Assembly: GCA_030141605.1 (NCBI GenBank)
Contig: JAQGDQ010000310.1
Location: forward strand, 124,001-188,000
DNA length: 64,000 nucleotides
DNA from: Tubiluchus corallicola
Lineage: Eukaryota; Animalia; Priapulida
Reading direction: 5' to 3'
Shown here: positions 13,001 through 25,000 of the stretch, in pieces
Numbering within the stretch: the stretch's first letter is position 1
Layout of the letters: each line of letters starts with the position of its first letter
Made by a program: the position numbers and the translations under genes
Notes under the pieces: generated by a model
The model's database searches: none
What the model saw: the letters and a program-made list of their open reading frames with translations, nothing else
Told to the model about the DNA's origin: nothing

Positions 13001-16000
13001 TAGGTTAATAGTGTTTCTAATACACCACAAGTAATTGTTAATCTGGTTATTACATAAGCAATCATAAATTCACAATAGAGATCGACGGGACACATTTATC
13101 AGCCTAGGACGTCATAAAGTTTTGATACGCCGCTGACTGTTATGCCACTTACAGTTCTTGTAAAAATCTGTAGGCTGTTGGCTACTTATTCGGAACACCT
13201 CAGTTGTGGGCTGGGGCCTATCGGTGCCAGATCAACTTATGTGAATAACTTCTGTAACTGCATAGCGGAGGTTATATTAGAACTTCCGTTGACTGTAGCG
13301 ACTGCAATTAGCATGTGTTCCGGTATAAGACGGTTTATAGTCTGGACAGGCAAGCATTGCAATCAGTATGCAATCAAAATTGAATTAAGTAAAATTACAA
13401 AACTTGAGACATTTAAAAAGAAACTCAGGGAACAACTTGTAAATAGTCGTTAGTTACAATGTATTTTATTTTCTTTTTAACTCTATTCAAGCTTTACTCA
13501 ATCAAAGAAAAATCCCATTTATAGGGACTACTCATGTAATGTAAAAATAAACAAATAAATCGAATTACTGTACTGTATTTTATATGGTCTTAGCTAGCTG
13601 AAAAAAATTGAATTGAATTGAAAAGCCCCAAGGCCCCCCTTTCTTTTCGGGCAACGCAGAATTACATTTTACTGTCCTAGTATTTTTCAGTTTATGTAAC
13701 AATGCGCAGCTTTTTGTTTAGTCTGTGAAGTGAACATAATAGTGTATTGGTTTGGGGCGATTGTTATCGTATTAAAAGTACTTGTATTGGTGAGAGAGGA
13801 GATGAGAGAGCAAACTTGGTATTGCCCCGAGATGAGAGAGGAAACGCTTTCAGACGTTCACAGGAATCTCATGTAAGCTGAAGCAGAAGTTCAAAAAGGA
13901 AATTACATACCGTAAATATTAAAACACGCCCGAGAGTGACTCACACACACGTCATGACATTTTCACTTGAATGGAATTTTGGATGGGGTATGACCTCCGT
14001 TTGTCCACATTCTTTTAGTGTATATTCTTACCGTGTGGCGTCTCTTAGATTTTTCATGTCTTTATTATCGATATTCCTTAGTTACGGAACGGCTGCCTGT
14101 TTTTCTCTCGAGTCGTTTATCTTTTGAATTCTTTACCAGAAAACTACAACCTCACCCGTTTCAAGAAGAATATTTGAGAATATCACCCAAGCAATTTTTC
14201 TTGGTGTATAGATTATCTTAACGTGTTAGTGAGCCTGTAAGTGAACTTGTATTTTTAATAAGGGGCAGCTGACCAAGTGACCAATAGGTCTTTCGCTGCT
14301 CCTTCTCAGTTGCAATGAATTGTAAAAATAATTATGTCGAATTTTAACTGCTATTGAGAAAATAAAATTGAAATGAATTGAATTAACATAGCTTTATACA
14401 TGCATATGCAGGAGTTATATTGTCTTTTCCATTGCAAGTGAGTTGACAAGGCAATCTTCTGGTGTCCCCAATCCCTGAAGACCAACTATGGCACTGTTGA
14501 GCCAGTATGGTTAATTGGCCCTAGCATCCCTCCATTTTCAATTTTTTGGTATAAAATCAACTTTAATTGCAGAAACAATCGTCTAATCTAAATCGATGCC
14601 CCATGCCTGAATTATAAATTGAAGTAGTGTCATTTGTCTTTGGTATGACACCGAAAATCGAAAGTCACGTCGATTCCAGAAATCCAAGATGAACCCCATG
14701 GGAAAATAGTTTGCGATGGAACATCAAAATTCATTAACCAGATACTCTTAAGAACTCAAAAAAGTTATAAAACTACATCCCTGGGGTGCATGAACCATGT
14801 TTTCTACTAGACGAAGTATAGATATATAAGAATTCGATTTTGCTGGAGATGCATTCATATTTCTACCTTCTTGCTATACAGTGGACCTTTATACAGTGGA
14901 CACAAGTAGGTCGTTTTCTTTTGACGGTTTGTAGAAAAAATACTTACGTGTAGCTGATCTAGGTAACAATGGTGTACCTTACCACATACTTACGTATTGA
15001 TCCAATGAGCTGATCTAGGTAACAATGGTGTACCTTACCACATACTTACGTATTGATCCAATGAGCTGATCTAGGTAACAATGGTGTACCTTACCACATA
15101 CCTACGTATTGATCCAATGAGCTGATCTAGGTAACAATGGTGTACCTTACCACATACTTACGTATTGATCCAATGAGCTGATCTAGGTAGCAATGGTGTA
15201 CCTTACCACATACTTACGTATTGATCCAATGAGCTGATCTAGGTAGCAATGGTGTACCTTACCACATACTTACGTATTGATCCAATGAGCTGATCTAGGT
15301 AACAATGCTGTACCTTACCACATACTTACGTATTGATCCAATGAGCTGATCTAGGAACAATGGTGTACCTTACCACATACTTACGTATTGATCCAATGAG
15401 CTGATCTAGGTAGCAATGGTGTACCTTACCACATACTTACGTATTGATCCAATGAGCTGATCTAGGTAACAATGGTGTACCTTACCACATACTTAACATA
15501 TTGATCCAATGAGCTGATCTAGGTAACAATGGTGTACCTTACCACATACTTACGTATTGATCCAATGAGCTGATCTAGGTAACAATGGTGTACCTTACCA
15601 CATACTTACGTATTGATCCAATGAGCTGATCTAGGTAGCAATGGTGTACCTTACCACATACTTACGTATTGATCCAATGAGCTGATCTAGGTAGCAATGG
15701 TGTACCTTACCACATACTTACGTATTGATCCAATGAGCTGATCTAGGTAACAATGCTGTACCTTACCACATACTTACGTATTGATCCAATGAGCTGATCT
15801 AGGAACAATGGTGTACCTTACCACATACTTACGTATTGATCCAATGAGCTGATCTACGTAGCAATGGTGTACCTTACCACATACTTACGTATTGATCCAA
15901 TGAGCTGATCTAGGTAACAATGGTGTACCTTACCACATACTTACGTATTGATCCAATAAGCTGATCTAGGTAGCAATGGTGTACCTTACCACATACACGG

Positions 16001-19000
16001 CGCCGCTGTCTTTCACCAGCTGTCTTTCATTACTAAATCGATTTGACATGTTTGAACAGGGCATCGAGTGGCAAATCATCCTTGCGCTTCATTGCTTTCT
16101 TAACACGTAGCCGTTCAAATATCATCAGAAATGAAATAAAGCAAAGAGATAGTCGTCTGACTCAAAGGACTGGAAACAGTGGCACAGACCTTGCACTTGC
16201 AGGGGGGGGGTGCTAGGTTAGCTTCTGGTCATAAAGAAAAACCGCCAAGGGTGGAAACTGAAGTCACGAAGAAAAAATTATAGACACGTGGTGACAGTTT
16301 AGTAACTGATTTTAAGTTTTTACGTTTGTAGCTTGGACTAGTTTGCAACCCCGGGGCCCCAAAGGTGTGGTTGCGCCCTCTGACGGGAAATCTCAAGTGA
16401 GTTAGTAGGAAATGTGCTGAGTATGCTAACTAGTAGGCTGGATAATAGCCCCTCGGTGAGTCAGTGACGCCCCTACGCCTGCATCCCGACGGTTCTTAGG
16501 TTTGTTGTACAAGTCTTGTGTTTTGGTGTTTGCTGTAAAATCTTTTTGTCGAGTCAGCATTCGCTTTTTGCACTTATAGAGCTATACGTTATTGTATTTC
16601 TGCTATAAAACACAAAAAGGCAGGACCTATAGTTTGCCCTCGCCCCTCCGGGTGAGATATTGATTGCCTCCTGATGATAGAAGATAAGCTTCAGACAGAC
16701 TAAACGCAACTATTATATTAGGGTAGTAATTAGAAGACAGCAGCAGCTATTGAACTAAGTGGTTTTCATTCCTCGTGGTTTCAGCAGCTATTGAACTAAG
16801 TGGTTTTGATTCTACGTGGTTTCATCTCATGCCTGATTGTTTTGCTGGCTTCAACTGTCACACTGGGACTATTACTATTACAGACCACTTACTGTATTTG
16901 CTGTGTAATTGCTGGCGTTAGGAACTTCGCATGCCCCATGACAATGATTTTATTCACTGTGCATTGGCATGGTGGCTTCTGAACTGGTCAACAGTTGGGC
17001 TTCAACTGTCACACTGGGACTATTACTATTACAGACCACTTACTGTATTTGCTGTGTAATTGCTGGCGATGAGAACTTCTCATGCCCCCTGACAATGGCT
17101 CTATTCACTGTGCAGTGGCATGGTGGCTTCTGAACTGGTCAACAGCTGGACGCATTGAGCGGTTCTCATTCACTGCTAAACACTGCATTTTCACCGTGTT
17201 GTGCTCTCATCAAATTTACCACTTCTAATGATGTTCACTTAAACGAAGACAGGGAGATTTTTCATATACTACCCCATTTTCAAGTCCGATAAAAAGTTTA
17301 CTTCTTAACACGATGCTGCAAAACGTTTCTGATAATGAAATAATAGATTAAAATTTTAATTAATGGCGGGCGAGGCCAACTATTGATGAGCCTTTTATTT
17401 GAGATTGCAGGTTCTTGTTTGAGACCCTTTTATGAGATAATGTGCCCAAGATAAGGGGTGCAGGCGAGTGAGAGGGGGACCCCATGATTTCATTAGCCCA
17501 GGGGTCCCAAAAGGTCATGATGTGGCCTTGCTTGTAAGTCAGGAAGTAGTAAGTAATTATTATTATTATTACAAGTCTTATTTGCGCACAAATACAAATA
17601 TAATACAATATGTACAAGTGCTGCCCTCTATCTGTAGGATAAAAGTACTTAACGATTAATACAATCAAACCGGGAGTTAAGTATATATATATATATAAGT
17701 TGATATCACATTTACGTTATAAATTATTTACAACTATCTTTTTTTTCTTACATAAATAAAATTATCTAATTTTATCAAACAATTTTCTGAGACTGTTCTA
17801 AGTAAGTAAGCAGTTTATTTTTTGCTTTATTAATACTTAGCCAGGCACGTTGTCATTGCATTTTATTCACATTTGATGCACTCTTTGTATGCATGGCTTT
17901 TAATTATGGAGTAATCGAAAATAAAAACTTCTATCGACTATTCAATCAATTCAAGCGCATTTTCAGCGTTCACGAATCTTACATTTCTCACGAACTGCAA
18001 TTTCTGACTTCCTTGAAATTAATTGGATTTCCTTGAAGCGTGATTGCCCACTTCTGATCACATTGTGCAGTTTGTTTTGCGTCCCGAGTCTTTCCACTTG
18101 CCTTTGCGTGACGCGGCGGCCGCCTCTTTTCCCCCAGAACAACTTCTTCCTCCACGTCCACGCTTGAGGCATGAAGCCATTGTGTGGAGGCACGGTCTGG
18201 CTTCCTGTAGCTGGTATCGTTTATTTTAGGCGCAGTAATTGCGAAGTGTTGACAACTTCTTAGGGGGTACCTTCAAGGATGAGAATTTTCCGCGGATACG
18301 CGGAATTCCGAGTTTGTGGAAGTCCAGTAAATGGCGGAAATTCGTTGAGAATTTTTTTACGGACCCAGTACATTATTTCACAAACTGACCGCTAGTTGGC
18401 AGGCCGTCACTTTGTTTACATCACGTACATCAGTGTAACCACGTGTAGATCTCTATGTATAAAAATATAGAATCAATTGTGCAGAGTTATTTGAGTCAAT
18501 TGCAGACAGTTTTTATATACTTTTGCATAGGAGCGGCCAGTACTTAGGCGTTTTTGAGACAATTAGGTATCATGTATCCTTGATAGTTGGGTATTTTAAA
18601 TTATGCATGAAACAAGGTAATTGATGTTTTAAGTCCACTTAGAGGCTCTCTGTGGTCACAAAATTGCAATTTCAACCCCATTGGGGGCCTAGGTGGCCCC
18701 AAAGCCCCGGCCTGTTTCAGAGTTTTTTTTGCAATTTGTCATTCTCATCACTGTACCTTGTGTAGGCGAATGTAGTATAGATCAAACAAGTTTGTCCAGC
18801 ATATGTTTCTGTGATTGGAAGTTCAGGGTTTACAATTTCATGACCTTGCATAATTTATATGTACCACAGTGTGTTGTCATACTCATGATGCTGTCATTGG
18901 TTTTTCTAACGGTTAAGAATCTATGCTTAAAGGAAAACCGGACCCAATATTAATTTAACTATAGCTGAAAACAATGCGTCCTTTAAAGGAAAACCGGATG

Positions 19001-22000
19001 ATTGTGTAAACACAAGTTCAGAATAAAGAATGCTGTAAAATATTGAAAACTACAATAGCTTTTTTTAAATCGAAGCTTAGATTAAATAGTAATTACCTCT
19101 GATACTCAAATTTTGTTAAACTTTCAAAGCTACGCGTGGCTCAGTGAATCTACTAATATTGACAACGGCGCCTTTTTGTCACGTGCGCGTGGCCGACAAA
19201 TAGAAGGCGGTACCGTGATAACCATGATCATGAACTGCAGTGTTAGTTTCTGACGTCATATGATGTAAAGCCCGTTTTCGTGACATCATGCATTTAAGCA
19301 GTACTGTAGCACCTATGCAAACGTGCTTGACGCGCAAGGGAAGACGCCTACCATTGCACAAACTGTGGTTAGTTTCAGACGTAAGCAACAGCTGTGTTCG
19401 ATTGCCGTTAATTAACTTTCTAAGCTAATTATTCAAATACAAGAAACACTTGTTAACTTTTATAGGCAAGAAAATGCATATTTTGGACAGTAAATTAAAA
19501 TGAGATTGTCTAATCAATAGTTCAGTTTTCCTTTAAAATATTGAAAGGTAAATTGCTATTTCTTCAAGAATGGTTACGTGAAAGAATTATTAGCACAGAA
19601 ATGTAATTTCGCGGTGGCGCGATATATGCAGGAAATGCATTACCTAGCGGAAATGCGTGTAAAAATCAGGTGCTGGACCTCTCACTTCTAAAGTATTCAG
19701 TTGTGATGTACACACTTTCAAGTGCTCATGCGTGACCGCAATGATAAACTTGAATTTAAAACGAAAAATTTGTCGAATTTTTGTATTTCACATAGAATGT
19801 CGCACAGTAGTACTGTACCTCAATTTTCGCTTTTACAAACACGTGCAACACGCTCGTGGAATATTTTTGCCGTTAAAAAGTTTACATTTTAACACAATTA
19901 GTATTGCAAAAGCGTTTCTGATAATTAAATAATATATTAAAAACTTAATTAACGGCGGGCGAGTCCAACTATTAATGACATCACAAACTAACATAATTTC
20001 CAACAGCAAAAATATTCCACGAGCGTGTTGCACGTGTTTGCAAAAGCGAAAGTTGAAGTACAGTACTCCTGTAAGATATTCAGCATGTTGTACTAAAACT
20101 AGGCAAGTTTTAAGTTAAAAATTCAAATTTTAACTTTACTACTGTGCTCACGCATGAGCTGTCGAACGTGTGTAGGTCATCACAAACTAAAACATCTAAA
20201 CTGAGAGGTACAGTACCCGTTTTATTCATTTCGTTTCCGAAATGCAGGCGCTAGTGCCCGTCTAACTAGCAAATGGTGAAATGCATGTAATAGCGAAGAA
20301 CTAGTGGCGGGAACGTGAAATTGTGTTTATGTGGTAATAATTCTTTCACGTAAGTCATTTTTGAAAAATAGTATGTTTCCTTTCAATATTTTAAAGAATG
20401 GATTCTTTTGACCTACAGTTTAAGATTGGGTCCGGTTTTGCTTTAAGTATTGGTCTATTTTCAGTGCCGAAAGTTGAAAATGTAAATTGTAAGCTGCTAT
20501 TTATGTGTCTAATGAAAATGTTTTCAAACTTTCGTGTTTTTCTTGGTTGAATTTATGATTTAAGTATTTACGCAGATTCATCCTACCTGAGCTTGGCCAT
20601 TTTGTCCGGACGTTGATGTAAGTGGCTGAAAATGACAGAAGCATCTTATACTGCACGTGTTGTAGCTTGAAAGCTTGTAACAGACATGAGGTTGTCCCAG
20701 CTGACCCTGAATTATAGCCCACAGCTATCTGTAATCCACGTTAACACCAAGTAGGCCGAACGTACCAGAATGTTTTTTTAACAGTGGAAAGTGATTCTAG
20801 CAAAAATTTTGTCGTAACTTCTATGTTTTGACTACTGTCGCTGCCGTCATTGTCTACTGTCGCTGCCGTTATTGTCTGGTTTTCATTGGTCGTTTCGTTT
20901 TTATCGCATCGTATCGTATCGTCTAAAAGTGGTTTATCGTTATCGTATCGCCGAATTTTTATCGTTTAACACCTGTACCTCTGCATTCAATTCAATTCAA
21001 TTTATTTATTAACTCCGCAAGTATTATCAAAATACGGTATTAGGAGTACGTGCAAAGGAGAAGGGCAGCGAGAACCCGTAGGTTATCTAGTCAGCCACCC
21101 TTAAATAGCTAGGATTAAATAAAATTAATTTTGGCACCGTTCTCAATTTAAACTTGAATTCTGTTGACGTGTGTAATTGGCAATTAAATGATGGGAAACT
21201 CAGTACTGTAGAACATTATAATTTAAATAACCAAAAATTTACAATTCTAAAATACTGTAATTATCTTATCTTATCTTACCTTACGTTTGTAATTGTCTTA
21301 CGTTTATCTTATGTTATCTTATTGCTTATGTTACGTTTGTAATTTCTTCGCTAAGTTTATGACGTGTTTTTACTTTCAGATAACTTGCTCGCCCAGTTGG
21401 AGAGCGCCACTAGAGAACTTAATCAGTGTAAAGTTGAGCCTGCTGATCCAACAGAAGACAGTGACGATAAACCGAACATTGAGGAATACGATAAACAGGT
21501 AGCTTCGGTTCTCTTCTGGTACTTTGGGGGCAAAGATAGGATAAACATTATTTCACGTCGATTCTAAAAACATACAACTACAAGCTGCAAGAGCTTATGT
21601 CACAATATATATATATAATAATCTTTATTTGCCATAAAAAATCGATATTCATAAAAGAACATCGCAGCATGATTCACACAACTGTTAAAGGCAAATGCGT
21701 CCAGTGCAAACTAAAAACTACTGTGCCAAAAATTTAAAACAAAATATACATTATAATGTTAGACGCAAATTATAATAGACTATATACAATGTATGCATAT
21801 AATTTAAAATGGACGTGGGTAAATAGGACAAAGGAATAAATGAAACTATTCAGCTACGGTTAAATACTAATTAAATTAAATACTGTACAATTAAGAAGAG
21901 ACCGACTTAGTCAAATTACAAAATAGCTTTTACTTTAAAAATATAAGCTAAAATCTACACCATAGCACGAATTTACAACTGAACTAGCAAGAATTATTAC

Positions 22001-25000
22001 AAGAACAGCACGTACAACGTTCTCCGTTCCACATTTTTAATTTGCCCTTAAAAGAATTCAGTCCGCTTTCATTTTCAATACGTGTGGGCCGAGTATCCCA
22101 TAACTTTGCCCCCATTGTGGTCTTACAAAGATCATGCATATTACTTGATTTTGTTCTGCAATAAAACCACTATTAGTTTGTTAAAAGTTTTCCACAGAAA
22201 CTGTAGCTAAATTGTGCTAATTGCACTCTGTTTCAAGCATTTTAATGATAAAGAACGATTGTAGCTGAAGTGCTGAATTATTCGAATCTATAACTTTAGG
22301 TTCGAATCGAATTCGAGCTAAAAAACTCGTTCGAATCGAATTCGAACGTTCGATGCTCACCCGTGATTAGAAGCAGCTGACACTGAGATGTTTTTAAGAC
22401 AAAGTTGACATTCTGTTCTGCGATCGTTCCATTTTTGATCTATTGCATTTTTAACGTGCATAACCAGCACACAGTGGGATTGCCATGGTATTATTGATTT
22501 GTTCGATTTTAGGTTATGGAGTATTCGTTTGCCAACGATCGTGACCAGGCAAGTTTCAGCAGCTTATGCATGCGACAGTCTAGCATTACCATTCTAACAC
22601 GACTAACTTTTTTCTTTCGTTTACAGTATCTGTAGACGCAGAGACTTGGATTACATGTTTATTTGTTTATTTCGTTTATAATATGTTGTGATGCATTATT
22701 TAACAATTGCCGTATCTACCGTTTACACTGTAATTAATTGATTAAATGTTTTTATTAATGATTTATTAGTTTAATTCAAAAGCATCGCTTAGTTTAATTA
22801 AGGTAGCTAACAACCGAAACTCCTAGAAAATCATCTCTTGTTTGGCAGTTCATTTTTTATCTAATTTTATCAGAACTTTGCGGACTGTAACTATTTAAAC
22901 TTTGCTAACTATTTAAACTGCGTTTGCTAGTTATTAGTTCTTTAATTATCCCCTTGATTAGTGCTAAATCCCCTTGAGTGTAAATAAAGTGCCTTTAGGT
23001 TAACTCGTACATATTGTAACGTCTGTGTAAAACTTTGCTTTTCTGTCATTTATCATTGCTGTGAAGACCACAGCTACTGTTTGGTAATTTAGACCAAATG
23101 AATTTTGTCTGCATAGAGATAAGAGAAGTACAGTGAGTCCTCGCTTAACGACTCCCCGTTTAGCGACGTTTCGTTTTAACGACGCTGAACATTCGACACC
23201 TTTTAAGTGAGCAGAAAGAAATGAATTAGTAGAACCCATTAAGAAGCGCTAATTTTTATGATTTAATCAGCATTGATTTTTGCCTCTGGAACGTATCTCA
23301 ATTCTTTTACATTACTTTCTGTGGAAGTCTCTGTTTCGTTTAACGATGTTTCGCTTAACGTCGTATTTTGCTGGATCGCATTAGCGTCGTTAAGTGAGGA
23401 CTTACTGTACAGTACTTAAAGCTGTGCTGTACTTTACAAGTAATAGACCTCTGCTGTCAACACCTGACAATATAGAACAGTTTTGTTCATCTTAGCAGAA
23501 ATTTCAGTATAAATTATAATACGTCTTGCTAGTTTGGCATGTAATTTATTATAATATTTTGTAACTATGATGACTTTGCAACTGATCTGAATTTTTCTTT
23601 GAAAGCTTGGATGACTTAATTTTGAAGTAGTATAACTTACTCCTGGAAACAGGGGCTTTCATTATAATGCCAAATGGGGGCTTGATAACGTCGTCAAAAT
23701 TTTCTCACCATTTCTTCTATTGGCTGTTTCAGTCACATGATCCGCAGGGTGTTCAACGAATCACCGTTAAGAAGACGGTGACGACGAAGACGACGTACAA
23801 GACATCCGGAGACGGCGCGGGCGATGTTCCCCTGGACCAGCAGCAACAGCGTCCACAGTTGCAGCAGAACCCTAACAATCTCTCCGAACTGGATAATTTG
23901 TTAGACGACTTGAGTACTGCACAGGAAAATGCAAGAAACAAATCAGGTAACCGTGGAGGTACCAAAAATCTACCCACTTCTAGATCTAGAATACTCAAAA
24001 TTATGACTTCGTCTTAGACTAGTCATCACATTGTGAGAACTAGCCCTGTAGGCTGATGTTAAAATTACTTGACGTCGAGTCATAAAACACTTTTGCAATG
24101 AGATTATTGCATTAATATTCTCCAGATGGTTTAAAGCACAAGAAGACAAGACTTAAAAAATTTGTCTTGAAATTTCATACCACTTACATACTGCCTTTTT
24201 GCATGCAGGGCTTGCGTAAGCAGTAACACTGTATAAAACATGTAAATTTAAACTCCCGCTATGACTGTCAGATGCAGCCATTTTGACGATAAGTCATTTG
24301 AAACAAGTTTAGATAATATTGTGTAAAGTTTGAAAAAATAACCAGAGCATTAGTGTAGCGCACACGTCACTAGCTAAATAAAATTTAAAATGACTGTATC
24401 TTGTCAAAAGGATTAAAAATACGTTTTTTGGTTAGCGAGTAGTGCACCCTGGAGGGTGAGTCAGCGACATTTTACCAATTGATGAAAACATCTTACATAA
24501 TTAATAATTTTCTTTTCTGATTACATAAGTCTTTCAAGCAGGTAAGCAAATGAAAAGGTGCAAGGTACTACACAGTAAGCAGTTATGCAGGCTGCTTGAA
24601 TATAAGTGCTATGCAAATATGTACATGTAATTAATAATGACACATGGAAACTAGGTTAATAGTGTTTCTAATACACCACAAGTAATTGATTAATCTGCTC
24701 ATTACATAAACAATCATAAATTCACAATAGAGATGGATGGGACAGAATTATCAGCCTAGGATATCATAATCAGATTTTCATTGGCTTTGAGTCCACGACC
24801 TCGACTTTGGCTCTTACTTAACTCATGTATAGATTATGAGTGCCTGCTTACTAAACAAACCAAACTTTTCATACACGTCGTCTCAGAAATTACTGTCGGC
24901 TGTATGGATGTTAGTTTTTCCGACTATTTTTGTACTTTGAATGAAATTTTTTGTGCGTTTTTGAATGCCGACTGTAATTGAATGCCGTTTCAGCTCCGAA

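Noticed and set aside
13142-13453. 103-aa ORF as a gene
   Set aside because: Only its end ([12 protein letters not shown]) looks meaningful, and that resembles a decayed LINE ORF2 C-terminus.
14941-15996. Regular repeat arrays here and at 47204-58572 as CRISPR arrays
   Set aside because: Units are contiguous with no unique spacers, there are no cas genes, and the context is eukaryotic introns.
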